This document shows positions 38,964 through 48,583 of a DNA stretch of 64,000 nt, piece by piece (position 1 is the stretch's first letter; every line of letters begins with the position of its first letter). Where the stretch lies: positions 1,792,001 to 1,856,000 of the forward strand of contig CAXXVL010000002.1 of the NCBI GenBank assembly GCA_963667845.2. The letters run 5' to 3'. Under the pieces are notes generated by a model. It was given only the letters and a program-made list of their open reading frames with translations. It was not told the origin of the DNA and searched no databases. Source of the DNA: Smithellaceae bacterium (GTDB lineage Bacteria; Desulfobacterota; Syntrophia; Syntrophales; Smithellaceae). Both the position numbers and the translations under genes were made by a program.

Positions 38964-39161
38964 CTACTGTTTGGTTTCATTATCAATCTTCTTTGTCTCT
39001 TCTTCCGGTTTTTTCTCCGGTTCATCCATTGCTTTTTTAAACCCCCTGATTGCTTTACCGATTGACCCTCCAAGTTCCGGTAGTTTACCCGGACCAAAGA
39101 TAATCAAAACTATGACCAGGATGATTATTAGATGCATCGGTTGCAAAAGTCCTTCAAACAT
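38964..39161 (-). CDS. tatA: Twin-arginine translocase subunit TatA
   Basis: [36 protein letters not shown]. Confidence 0.9.
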   Translation of the reverse strand: MFEGLLQPMHLIIILVIVLIIFGPGKLPELGGSIGKAIRGFKKAMDEPEKKPEEETKKIDNETKQ

Positions 39162-39492
39162 ACCAATACCTCCTACACCTTCTATTTTTTAAAAATCTCA
39201 GTTGGTTCTTTCGTAGCCGTCATATGCTTTGCTTCACACAATTTGTGCCGTTATCATAAAATAAAAACGAGAGCCGCCTATGCCGTATTGTTTTTTTTAC
39301 TGGAATCCATCATTTAACATCCGGTCCATTACGGGTAACAAACACCACAAAGACCTTAGGATTCTTATTTCGTTAACATCCAGTAGAATAGACTCGATAC
39401 GCACATCTCAGAATATCGTCGCTTATATAATAGCGTTGCTCATTATCACCGTCAGGGGACATGTCAGAGATCAACGCCCCTAAAATAGGGTT

Positions 39493-39696
39493 TTACAGCT
39501 TGCGGACATTATCGGCAGCCGGACCTTTAGCGCCTTGGACTACGTCAAAACTGACACGCTGGCCCTCTGCCAATGATTTGAATCCCTCTTGTCCCTGAAT
39601 TGCGGAATGATGGACGAAAAGGTCTTTGCCACCTTCCTGCTCGATAAAACCAAATCCCTTTGCTTCATTAAACCACTTTACTTTTCCTTCTGGCAT
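39493..39696 (-). CDS. Cold-shock protein (CspA family)
   Basis: [32 protein letters not shown]. Confidence 0.95.
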   Translation of the reverse strand: MPEGKVKWFNEAKGFGFIEQEGGKDLFVHHSAIQGQEGFKSLAEGQRVSFDVVQGAKGPAADNVRKL

Positions 39697-39697
39697 T

Positions 39698-40072
39698 TTA
39701 ATCCTCCTTGTGTTGTGTTTCGACGTTTTGAATTTCTCTCTGCTTCCCGATTCTATAGGCATCTATGATAGCAAGTATCCAAAGACAAACAATAACGCAA
39801 ATAAAAACATCATAATAGGGATTCGCGGTTAACATTTTTGATCCGACAATATCTGAAAGCTCTTGAAGATTCATGCTACCACCTTGCATCTTAACCATAA
39901 CCTCGTCAAGGCGATTGAGTGCAGATACTGTGGCCGACCAGATTATGTAGCCTAATCCGGCAAAGGCAAACAACATGATGGCCAGCCCCGTCCAATATCT
40001 TTTTAAATAAAGTTGGCCCGCGCCAGGGAAGACGAATGCGGACAGAAGTGCGGCTTTATATGACACTTTCAT
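39698..40072 (-). CDS. Hypothetical membrane protein
   Basis: [19 protein letters not shown] and [12 protein letters not shown]; 2-3 TM segments. Confidence 0.7.
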   Translation of the reverse strand: MKVSYKAALLSAFVFPGAGQLYLKRYWTGLAIMLFAFAGLGYIIWSATVSALNRLDEVMVKMQGGSMNLQELSDIVGSKMLTANPYYDVFICVIVCLWILAIIDAYRIGKQREIQNVETQHKED

Positions 40073-40142
40073 TTTGATGACCGTTATTGTTGACCAATGA
40101 CTTCAAGCGAACAAAGTCGCCATGCAAATCTCTGGATTTTTA

Positions 40143-40256
40143 TCATGGCTTTCTCTTTGGCTGCTTGTCAAACTTGTCTCGCGACTTTTGTTTCTGTTTT
40201 TCAGCGTTCTGTTTCTGACCTTTTTCCTTATCTTTCTTGCCGCCCTTGTCTCCCAT
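40143..40256 (-). CDS. 37-aa highly basic microprotein
   Basis: AAGGAG RBS; MGDKGGKKDKEKGQKQNAEKQKQKSRDKFDKQPKRKP. Confidence 0.55.
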   Translation of the reverse strand: MGDKGGKKDKEKGQKQNAEKQKQKSRDKFDKQPKRKP

Positions 40257-40398
40257 TACATCTCTCCTTTTCCTGTTGTCCGAAACGTCTTCTTGAAAGG
40301 TGGTTCTTTATTGAAAGCAAAGATAGGTCGATCATTATTAATTCTAATTAATAATACTTCTTGAACCTGTCAATTGGCTTTCAAACGATTTCCCGCTT

Positions 40399-40599
40399 TT
40401 ATTTTCCAGCAGCGGATGATTGCTTCTTCTTATTAATAAACAGGCTGGATAATACAATCAAGGAAATAATTATCAATACGGTCACTGTAATTTTTGTGCC
40501 TGTATTTCCGAATTTCGGCAGAATCACGAAAGGCAGAAGCCATAAGTACACCGTTGCGTGAAGAATACCGATAAATCCTATTCTTAAGATATTTTTCAT
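40399..40599 (-). CDS. Small 2-TM membrane protein
   Basis: Two hydrophobic helices; same strand as its neighbours. Confidence 0.5.
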   Translation of the reverse strand: MKNILRIGFIGILHATVYLWLLPFVILPKFGNTGTKITVTVLIIISLIVLSSLFINKKKQSSAAGK

Positions 40600-40634
40600 A
40601 GCTCGATCTTTTTCTTTTTCCCATAATTGAAAAA

Positions 40635-40946
40635 TTATTTATGGAAGAGGGAGTTTCTAATATTCAGAGGTTTAATTTTATTACTTCGATACCGAAAACA
40701 CAGCGCTATCAATGTTCCTGTCAACAAAAGTGCCAGACCGTTCCCGAAGATGAATACAATGTCCTTCACGTAGAGAGAATAAATCATAATCAGGGACATG
40801 CCAGTCATCAGGATTATCAAATAAGAAATGCTCAAGCCATCAGAGCGTTCTGCCCTATACGTTTTTATAATCTGAGGAACGACACTGACACACATAATCA
40901 GTGATCCCGTTATTCCCAATATTGCAAAGACATGTGCTGTAGTCAT
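40635..40946 (-). CDS. SemiSWEET/PQ-loop family transporter
   Basis: VPQIIKTYR..SDGLS, 3 TM segments, IFGN. Confidence 0.8.
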   Translation of the reverse strand: MTTAHVFAILGITGSLIMCVSVVPQIIKTYRAERSDGLSISYLIILMTGMSLIMIYSLYVKDIVFIFGNGLALLLTGTLIALCFRYRSNKIKPLNIRNSLFHK

Positions 40947-41079
40947 GTATAACCTCGGAAAATAGAAAAGCCTCCTTGAAATGAAATATCCACTTCGTGG
41001 GAAGCCAACTTTTCAGATCCCAACAGGGTCTGTTTATTTCTATCTATAGAATAGATTTACAAGCAATGATGCTGTCTTC

Positions 41080-41277
41080 TTAATAAAACAATTCCTCGTA
41101 TCTCTTTTGCAATGCTTTTGCGACCTTTAATTCGGAATTCTTTCTTGTGGGTAGCCCTTTTTCCATTTTGGCTATTGTTTGCGGTGTTAATCAAGCCTTG
41201 CGGGCTAATGCTGACACACTAAGGGGAATCGCTTCTCTAAATTGTTTAACTCTATTTTCCCGGATATTCTCAACCAT
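41080..41277 (-). pseudogene. XRE-family HTH gene with an in-frame TGA
   Basis: MVENIRENRVKQFREAIPLSVSALARKA*LTPQTIAKMEKGLPTRKNSELKVAKALQKRYEELFY; TGA at 41191-41193 where Gly is expected. Confidence 0.75.
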
Positions 41278-41313
41278 ATAAGGCCACCCCTCAAAAACAA
41301 AGAGCTCTAGCTT

Positions 41314-41544
41314 TTACTCTAATATTTCCAGAACTGCCCGTTTATGCACTTTGGCTGACGCGGCACTCAAAATAATGCGGATAGCTTTGGCCGTTCTCCC
41401 TTGCTTCCCAATAATTTTCCCTAAATCTTCCTTTGCCACACGCAATTCAATGACGGATGTTTGCACGCCGATGACTTCGGTTACTTCAACTTTGTCGGGA
41501 CTATCAACTAAAGATTGAGCGATAGACTTAATCAATTCCTTCAT
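41314..41544 (-). CDS. khpA: KH-domain RNA-binding protein KhpA (YlqC family)
   Basis: [27 protein letters not shown]. Confidence 0.9.
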   Translation of the reverse strand: MKELIKSIAQSLVDSPDKVEVTEVIGVQTSVIELRVAKEDLGKIIGKQGRTAKAIRIILSAASAKVHKRAVLEILE

Positions 41545-41616
41545 CGTAAGCACCTCTACCGGTTTTGGTTAACACTGCTGGAAAATTCGCTTCAATATTC
41601 GCACCGCTTGTAATTT

Positions 41617-41895
41617 TTATTTAGTATCCACCATCCCCTTCAATTCCTTGCCAACCTTAAAAAACGGCAACCATTTCGGTTTTACGTCTATATTTTCTCC
41701 TGTTTTAGGATTCCTGCCCTTGTAAGCATCATACTTCTTCACGACAAAGCTCCCGAACCCTCTGATCTCGATCCTACAGCCGTTTTTAAGCTCATCTGCA
41801 AAACCGTCAAACATTAAATTAACAATGTCTGTTGCCTCTTTTTCAGTAAGGTTATTCTTCTTCGCCAAAACTTCGATCAAATCCGATTTATTCAT
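41617..41895 (-). CDS. ihfB: Integration host factor beta / HU-family protein
   Basis: MNKSDLIE, RIEIRGFGSF, GRNPKTGE, PFFKVGKELK. Confidence 0.88.
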   Translation of the reverse strand: MNKSDLIEVLAKKNNLTEKEATDIVNLMFDGFADELKNGCRIEIRGFGSFVVKKYDAYKGRNPKTGENIDVKPKWLPFFKVGKELKGMVDTK

Positions 41896-42271
41896 ACCGT
41901 TTCCTTATCAATATAATTTTCACTGATTATTTTCCTAATGATCAAACCGTTCCCGTATGCAATACACCAGGGTCTTTAGATCATCTTCCAGCAAAATCGA
42001 CAGAAAGTCCAGATCAGCGTCTGTTTTCAATAGTTTTTTATGATTTCAAGCAGGTCTTTTTTGTCCAAAACATTATTACTCAATGCAGCCTCCAGTTGAA
42101 TGCCTGACGATCAGGGATAAACCAATTCACCACATATATAACTTATAAATGAGAATCTTATTTAAACAACTACTTTTAGGAAAGGGGGAAATCTCTAACG
42201 CTCAGAGAATAAGTCAAAGCTTCAGCAAAATCAACCTTTATCAAAATCATTTTTAGAAAGGAGAAACAAAC

Positions 42272-42643
42272 ATGCTCAACCAATGCGTCTTAACAGGAAA
42301 CCTTGGTGACGATCCCAAGGTATTTTATTCACCGGAGGGCAATCCGGTCACATCATTCAATCTCGCTTTTCAGTCAGGGAAAAAGAAAACCTGCTGGATC
42401 AAAGTCGTCACGTTCCACAAGCTGGCGGAAGTCTGCTCTACCTATCTGCACAAAGGCGCCAGGATCGCCATTTCAGGAATCCTCGATCAAAACAAGTGGA
42501 CTACTGATGATGGCCAGAACCGCAGCACATTTCAGATCATCGGCAACTCTCTGGAGTTCATCAAAACAGACGGACGCGGATTCAAGGACGGAGAGGCAAG
42601 CGTTGAAGCCATTAACGACGATGTTTCATTTAATCACCCCTGA
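42272..42643 (+). CDS. ssb: Single-stranded DNA-binding protein
   Basis: MLNQCVLTGNLGDDP, YLHKGARIAISG, acidic tail. Confidence 0.9.
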   Translation: MLNQCVLTGNLGDDPKVFYSPEGNPVTSFNLAFQSGKKKTCWIKVVTFHKLAEVCSTYLHKGARIAISGILDQNKWTTDDGQNRSTFQIIGNSLEFIKTDGRGFKDGEASVEAINDDVSFNHP

Positions 42644-42775
42644 TCTTAACACATCTCAAGGAGGACTATTCATGCAGGCTAAGACAATCGCCGTACTGTT
42701 AAAGATCGCGGAAATTATCGCCAACATCTTTATCTCAACAAGGAATAAAAACGATAATAAAGGAGGCAACAAAAA

Positions 42776-43864
42776 ATGACCAGTCAGGAAGCACTGAAAA
42801 GAAGTGAAAAGTCGCAATGGCTCAAAGTATGGCAGGTGGATGACACCTGGTTTTACGTCGAGAGCGAAGATGGCAAGATCGCCTATAAGTGCTGCATTGC
42901 GGATCAGGGTGATTACTGCAATTGCGGAGACTTCGCCACACGATCCAAGAATGATCCCAATTTCAAATGCAAGCATCTGCTCGCCGTTATGAATTCCATC
43001 CCCAGGAATCTGGTGCTGGATGCCCAGTTCCTGGAGAAAAGAAGACCGAAGCTGGATGACACCTTTGTCAAACAGATCGATGACAAGGACTTTGTCCTTT
43101 ATGCCGGACTGCTCGATGTAGCTCACCAGAAGAACCTCTGCATGGTTGACGTGGACCTGCTCCAGTATCCCATGGAAGAAAACAAATACACCGCGATCTG
43201 CAAAGCGAAAGTCGAAACGATCGACGGGAGGAAGTTCTCAGACATCGGAGACGCCAACCCCCAGAACTGCAATTCCAAGGTGGCGAAACATCTTATCAGA
43301 ATGGCATCAACCAGGGCAAAAGCGAGAGCATTCCGGGATATGGATAACATCGGAATGACTGCGTTAGAGGAACTGGGTGACCTCAATGACATTATCGGTA
43401 ATGATGAAAACAGGAAACCTGCACAGAAAGGAACTGACAACGTCAGAAAATTTGCCAAACAGGTTAAATCCGTGTTCAAATCCGGAAATGGTGACGGTCA
43501 GAAAGCTGAATCCGCTCCTGACCAGCCGGTGAAGGATAATGTCATCTCCATGCCTGAGAAACAGACCCCTGTTATTGAACCTCAGCCTCAGCAGGAAGAA
43601 GCGAAGGAAACAAAACCGGCGCCAGTGAAAGCTTCTGCAAAATCTAATGGTAATGGCAACGGTGGCAATGGCAAGTCAAAACCGTCAGCTTCCCCTTTGA
43701 TGTCTGAAGCGCAAAAGTCGGCGCTCTACAATCTCTCCAGAAGACGCGGAATCTCCCTGGAAGACATCGAAACCAGATCAATGGATAAATACGGAGTTTC
43801 GGTAGAGCAATTGACTTCAGAATGCGCCGGCGAATTCATCCGCTATCTGCAAGCTGCATCATAG
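42776..43864 (+). CDS. SWIM zinc finger plus Rad52/Sak-like ssDNA-annealing protein
   Basis: CNCGDF...CKHLLAV (SWIM); AICKAKV..FSDIGDA..RMASTRAKARAFRD..IGMTALEE annealase-like core. Confidence 0.6.
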   Translation: MTSQEALKRSEKSQWLKVWQVDDTWFYVESEDGKIAYKCCIADQGDYCNCGDFATRSKNDPNFKCKHLLAVMNSIPRNLVLDAQFLEKRRPKLDDTFVKQIDDKDFVLYAGLLDVAHQKNLCMVDVDLLQYPMEENKYTAICKAKVETIDGRKFSDIGDANPQNCNSKVAKHLIRMASTRAKARAFRDMDNIGMTALEELGDLNDIIGNDENRKPAQKGTDNVRKFAKQVKSVFKSGNGDGQKAESAPDQPVKDNVISMPEKQTPVIEPQPQQEEAKETKPAPVKASAKSNGNGNGGNGKSKPSASPLMSEAQKSALYNLSRRRGISLEDIETRSMDKYGVSVEQLTSECAGEFIRYLQAAS

Positions 43865-43988
43865 ATCACTTAATCAACTATAAAACAAATCAATAAAGCG
43901 ATTCTTCAGCAACCAGGGACAGGATAACATCCATTTATCTTCGTCCATCTATCCTATTATCCAATCAGTTGTCCTGTCCCTATCCCAA

Positions 43989-44009
43989 ATACGCAGGGGT
44001 CTGCGCTTT
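43989..44009. promoter_or_regulatory. Palindrome CGCAG-GGGT-CTGCG (copy 3)
   Basis: Core at 43992-44005, 22 bp before ATG 44028. Confidence 0.55.
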
Positions 44010-44027
44010 TTAGAAACGAGGTGAAGA

Positions 44028-44843
44028 ATGGAGTTAACCGATTTAAGAAAAGTGGCACATTTATCGGCAAGTTCAGTTAACGATTATATCGACTGCGGTC
44101 TTCTGTATAAGTTCGGCAGAATCGATAAAATACAGGCGGACTTTAAACCGGATGCACTGGAGTTCGGGAGCGCCGTTCATCTGGCGTTGGCTGATTTCCA
44201 CATGGAAAAGATGAGAGGGAAATTCCCTAGCGTGAAAATGCTGCATGAGTTTTTTGAAATGCACTGGAGGAAACTGACCAATACAAGAGACGATATTAAA
44301 TACGCTGAAGGCAACAATCCGGAGATTCTCCTTTTACAGGGTCAGGAATTACTGACCGCTTATTACAACAAGTCCTCCTGGCGGGAATTTGAATGCATCG
44401 GGATTGAAGAGCCTTTCAGTTTTACCATTGAAGGTTGTCCCCTCCCTATCATCGGGTCCATTGACCTCATGGAGAAGGACAAAGCTGGGACCATCATCAT
44501 CAACGATTTCAAAACATCGGCTCGCAGCTATTCCAATGATGAAGTCGATAAAAACTTCCAGCTGACGCTTTACCAGATGGCGGCCAGAGCAACTGGATAT
44601 GCAGATTCGGATATCCTTTTGAGGTTTGACTGTTTAATCAAAACAAAACAGCCGAAATTCGATTCCTATTACACCACCCGCAGCGTTACGGATGAAATCC
44701 GGGCGAGAAGAAAGATCATTGAAGTGGCCAAAGGGATATCTCAGGGAATATTCATTCCCAATGATTCGCCGCAGAATTGGAAGTGCAAAGGCTGCTCGTT
44801 TAAGAAAAACTGCGATTCCTGGTTTATGGAGGAGGCCGCATGA
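44028..44843 (+). CDS. PD-(D/E)XK nuclease, RecB/AddB/Cas4-like, with a 4-Cys Fe-S staple
   Basis: HLSASS..YIDC, FGSAVH, GSIDL, INDFKTS, QLTLY, CKGCSFKKNC. Confidence 0.88.
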   Translation: MELTDLRKVAHLSASSVNDYIDCGLLYKFGRIDKIQADFKPDALEFGSAVHLALADFHMEKMRGKFPSVKMLHEFFEMHWRKLTNTRDDIKYAEGNNPEILLLQGQELLTAYYNKSSWREFECIGIEEPFSFTIEGCPLPIIGSIDLMEKDKAGTIIINDFKTSARSYSNDEVDKNFQLTLYQMAARATGYADSDILLRFDCLIKTKQPKFDSYYTTRSVTDEIRARRKIIEVAKGISQGIFIPNDSPQNWKCKGCSFKKNCDSWFMEEAA

Positions 44844-45262
44844 CAAAAGAATCTATTCTGGAAGCTCAGGATTATCTGAGGGTAAAAACGGAAGACGGTT
44901 ACAAACGCATCATTGATATTCACGCTCTATTTAAGCGTCACAACACCAATGAAGTGATCCGGTTCCTGAAAGATTATCTCAGGGAAAAGACAAACTCATT
45001 AAAGAGCATGATCGTCATCGATAAAACCCATCAAAAAGTGGATCGGATTGTGGCAGCGATGTTCAGAATAAGCATGGCGATCAAAACATTGGAGGAAGGA
45101 GAGGAGGTGATCATACTTGAAAGGCCTGAACAGGGAACAAAAGAAAGCGGCAAGCTTCACAAGTGGCATAGCAGCCGTCATAACAGGACCAGGCGCGGGA
45201 AAGACTCTCGTCATGATGGAAAGAATAGGAAATCTGGTCAAACGATGCAACGTGCCGCCTGA
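44840..45262 (+). CDS. Hypothetical protein
   Basis: ATGA coupling to the nuclease gene and GGAGG RBS; 3' end overlaps the helicase gene. Confidence 0.55.
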   Translation: MTKESILEAQDYLRVKTEDGYKRIIDIHALFKRHNTNEVIRFLKDYLREKTNSLKSMIVIDKTHQKVDRIVAAMFRISMAIKTLEEGEEVIILERPEQGTKESGKLHKWHSSRHNRTRRGKDSRHDGKNRKSGQTMQRAA

Positions 45263-46979
45263 ATCCATCATCGGACTCACGTTTAATAGGAACGCAGCTG
45301 ATCAAATGCGCCGGAGACTGGTTCCTGTATTGGGGGAACTGGCGCAAAGAGTAACATTGTCAACAATTCACAGCTGGTGCCATTACCTGTTGAGGACGGA
45401 AGGAAAACTCTTTGAGATAATCTCCGGTAAAGAGCAGTTCAGTTTTGTCAGAAACCTCATGAAGCGCAAGCGGATGGATATATCCGTAGGATCGTTGCTT
45501 AGGGAGATCAGTCTCGCTAAAAACAACCTGATCGGCGTTGAGGAGTTTCGCGCTCTTTATGAATCTGACAAAAACATGCAGAAAATAGCCGATATTTATG
45601 AAAGTTACGAGAAGGAAAAAGCAAAAAAATGCCTGCTGGACTTTGATGACCTGTTGCTGGAGACCTATTTTCTATTAAATACCAATGATGCCATCCGGGA
45701 TAAATACGCCAGCCGTTATCACCATGTTCTGATCGATGAATTCCAGGACACAAACCCTGTTCAGCTGGAGATTATCAAGCTGATTGTCGATCAGGATCAC
45801 AATGAAGGGAAATCTTACTGGGTTGCGGGAGACGATTGGCAAAGCATTTACAGTTTCGCCGGCGCTTCCGTCAATAACATCCTCAATTTCCAGAGTACAT
45901 TTCAACAATCAAAACTCTTCATCCTGAATGTCAATTACCGCTCAACACCGCAGATATTGAAAGCGTGTCAAAATCTGATTCATCACAACGTCAGGAAAAT
46001 AGAAAAGACGCTGAAGACGGATAATGAAAATGGAGAGGAGGTCATTATCCTGGAATCGTCATCGGAGGAAGGAGAAGGATTAAACCTGGTCAATGAGATA
46101 CGGGATTTGATTGACCAGAAAGGGTATCAGTATAAAGACGTCGCTGTCTTATACCGGGCAAATTTCCAGAGCAGAGTCGTTGAAGAAACCTTTGCCCAGA
46201 TGAAAATACCCTATCACATCGAGAACGGATTGAACTTCTATCAGCGATCAGAAGTCAGATACATTCTGGAATATTTGAGATTGATTCTCAATCCGGACTC
46301 TGAAGATGGCGACGAGGCGTTGAAGTCAGTATTAAATGTTCCTAACCGGTATATCAGCAGGAAGTTCATTCAGGAACTGGCTGAGTTTTCCAATAAGACC
46401 AATGTCCATCTGTTTCAGGGTTTAAAGTCCATGCCGGTTGACCTCCCCTACCTCCGGAAGAATGTAAAGGACTTCATTTCGTTTATCAGTCCTTTAGCTG
46501 ACTATGCGCCTAATCTGAACCCTGTTGAAGTTATCCAATTGCTGAGAAGTCAGCTGGATTATGACCGGTTTATTACAGATGAGGATATCCCAACGCCGGA
46601 TGATGTAAAGGTAGCCAACCTGAATCAGCTTCAGTTGTCAGCAGCCCGATACTCCAGCATTGAATCCTTCCTGGAATACACGGATAGTTTTGATGAGCAG
46701 ATGAGCAATGACAAAGAAGGAGTGGCTCTGATGACCATCCACAAAGCGAAGGGACTTGAATTTCCAATCGTCTTTGTCATCGGTCTGGTCGAAGGAATCA
46801 CACCCACCAAGAAAGGCGATATGGAGGAAGAACGGCGAATAGTCTTTGTGGCCATATCCCGAGCCATGAAAATCCTCTACATCAGCTTTTCACACACCTT
46901 TCTGGGACAAGCTGTGAAGAAGTCCCTGTTTATCGATGAAATCACAGGGTCTGAGCAGACCTCAATAACAGCCGCTTAA
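45117..46979 (+). CDS. UvrD/PcrA-family SF1 helicase
   Basis: GPGAGKT, LIDEFQDTN, GDDWQSIY, NYRST, MTIHKAKGLEF, EERRIVFVAISRA; GGAGG before the TTG start. Confidence 0.93.
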   Translation: MKGLNREQKKAASFTSGIAAVITGPGAGKTLVMMERIGNLVKRCNVPPESIIGLTFNRNAADQMRRRLVPVLGELAQRVTLSTIHSWCHYLLRTEGKLFEIISGKEQFSFVRNLMKRKRMDISVGSLLREISLAKNNLIGVEEFRALYESDKNMQKIADIYESYEKEKAKKCLLDFDDLLLETYFLLNTNDAIRDKYASRYHHVLIDEFQDTNPVQLEIIKLIVDQDHNEGKSYWVAGDDWQSIYSFAGASVNNILNFQSTFQQSKLFILNVNYRSTPQILKACQNLIHHNVRKIEKTLKTDNENGEEVIILESSSEEGEGLNLVNEIRDLIDQKGYQYKDVAVLYRANFQSRVVEETFAQMKIPYHIENGLNFYQRSEVRYILEYLRLILNPDSEDGDEALKSVLNVPNRYISRKFIQELAEFSNKTNVHLFQGLKSMPVDLPYLRKNVKDFISFISPLADYAPNLNPVEVIQLLRSQLDYDRFITDEDIPTPDDVKVANLNQLQLSAARYSSIESFLEYTDSFDEQMSNDKEGVALMTIHKAKGLEFPIVFVIGLVEGITPTKKGDMEEERRIVFVAISRAMKILYISFSHTFLGQAVKKSLFIDEITGSEQTSITAA

Positions 46980-47091
46980 ACCGTCTAAACGCTTCTCCAC
47001 ATGAAAACAGCCAGCAGCTAACCCCAATATCAGGGAAGGAATAAACGCCTTCCCTTTTTCATATATCAAAGAATGAGAGGTTATATAACCC

Positions 47092-47523
47092 ATGAACAGG
47101 TCAAAAGCTTTTGTGAGCATCTATTGCAAAATCTACACGGAGAATTTCAGCCAGGAAATGATCGACAGGTACGCCACCGGTAAGGAAATTTATAATTTCC
47201 TATTAAAAGACGCGAAATGCTGCCTGCCGCTGAGAGGAGATTGTAACCTCTGGTATCTCGGCTCAAACGAAAAGTTCGGCAACATCATTTACAATGACCG
47301 GGTCTGGCACTGGGGTTTCGGCGAAGCGTCATTTGATAAAGTCCAGGAGTTCATCGACGCTGTTTATCAGGATGGACTCTTTACCAGGAGGCAATACAAG
47401 AACCTGTCAGCTAAAATTGAAGAAGGTCGCCGGATAGAAGATATGTATCAGATCAGCGATTACCTTTCCCAAAAACACAAACCAACACTGAACACAGTAA
47501 AGGAGAACCACCATGTCTTATGA
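47092..47523 (+). CDS. Hypothetical protein
   Basis: 143-aa ORF with GAGG RBS, coupled to the next gene. Confidence 0.65.
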   Translation: MNRSKAFVSIYCKIYTENFSQEMIDRYATGKEIYNFLLKDAKCCLPLRGDCNLWYLGSNEKFGNIIYNDRVWHWGFGEASFDKVQEFIDAVYQDGLFTRRQYKNLSAKIEEGRRIEDMYQISDYLSQKHKPTLNTVKENHHVL

Positions 47524-48214
47524 AATATTGCATTTTCGCAATGCAAACCAGATTATCAAAGAAAAGAAGATGACCAAGGAAGTGAAGTCGGTCATGGATT
47601 ACCTCAATGACGCTTTATACGGCACCAATCATAAAAGCGAATTATTGCGTCAGGTACTGACCGAAATGAACTGGCGCCAGAACGGTGATCTGAACATTCT
47701 GGATGGACGGAGATACTTTTACAAGGGTTTTAAGAACCGTGTGGCCATTGACGGCAGCTTTTCGAGCTATGAGTATATCCAGGACGCTCTCCTCAGATTG
47801 CAAGTGGGATTCGACAAGAAGAAGATTGATATGGGGATTGTCATGGTCACATCTCAGAGAAGTGACAAGAGCAAACTGGGAACGACAAAGGAACTGGTTT
47901 CCAAGGAAATCGAGATGCTTCATCCCACAATAAGCCTGCCGGTGATAATCGTCCTGTTTGATCTGGGAAGACCAGGGGAAATCTATCAGGAAAATGAACA
48001 GAAGAAGGAAGAACCTTTACCAGATCACCCTGTCATCGATTCGAAATTAGCTGATAAATACCTTCACGGCAATCAGGCGGATAAAGCTGAAAATGACAAT
48101 GAAGTTCATTCCAATGTTGAAGAACAAGCTTTTCACGAAGCTTTAAAGAACAAGAAGAAACCCCGTGCCAAATCCAAGAAAGCACTATCTCCGGATCAGC
48201 AGCAGGCAGCCTGA
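47513..48214 (+). CDS. BglII/BstYI-fold endonuclease-like protein with a degenerate active site
   Basis: FKNRVAIDGSFSSY..DALLRLQVGFDKKKIDMGIVMV..ISLPVIIV resembles the family pattern DF.KxRVAVEVQF..IDVGI.I..I.VP. Confidence 0.55.
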   Translation: MSYEILHFRNANQIIKEKKMTKEVKSVMDYLNDALYGTNHKSELLRQVLTEMNWRQNGDLNILDGRRYFYKGFKNRVAIDGSFSSYEYIQDALLRLQVGFDKKKIDMGIVMVTSQRSDKSKLGTTKELVSKEIEMLHPTISLPVIIVLFDLGRPGEIYQENEQKKEEPLPDHPVIDSKLADKYLHGNQADKAENDNEVHSNVEEQAFHEALKNKKKPRAKSKKALSPDQQQAA

Positions 48215-48231
48215 ATCAATGGAGGTGATTT

Positions 48232-48456
48232 ATGGCCTATACGCCTGAGCTGTCATTAGAAGGATCACAAACCTTAAGAAGGATCGCATGGGCGCTGGGG
48301 AAACCGATGACCAAATCCCTTGATTTCGTGGTGAAGAACATCACGATGTTCATCGACCCCAAAAAGATATGCGCCAAATGCAAAGATAATTCTATCTGCG
48401 CTCAATGCATCTTCAGCGATCAGAATCACAAGTCCTGCGATCAAGTTTTTCAATAA
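48232..48456 (+). CDS. Small Cys-rich hypothetical protein
   Basis: GGAGG RBS; LRRIAWALGKPMTK, CAKCKD..CAQC. Confidence 0.65.
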   Translation: MAYTPELSLEGSQTLRRIAWALGKPMTKSLDFVVKNITMFIDPKKICAKCKDNSICAQCIFSDQNHKSCDQVFQ

Positions 48457-48583
48457 TCAATAAACCATTGGGAGCCGCCCGTCCGCTAATTTGGATACGC
48501 ACCCTGTAGCTTCGTCAGGGGAAATATAATGCATCAGGTGGTGAAAGATGCATCTCCCAAACTTATAAGACAAGGAGGAAACC

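Noticed and set aside
44028..44843. Cas4 / CRISPR-Cas locus
   Set aside because: No cas1 or cas2 and no repeat-spacer array seen in the window; context is recombination genes
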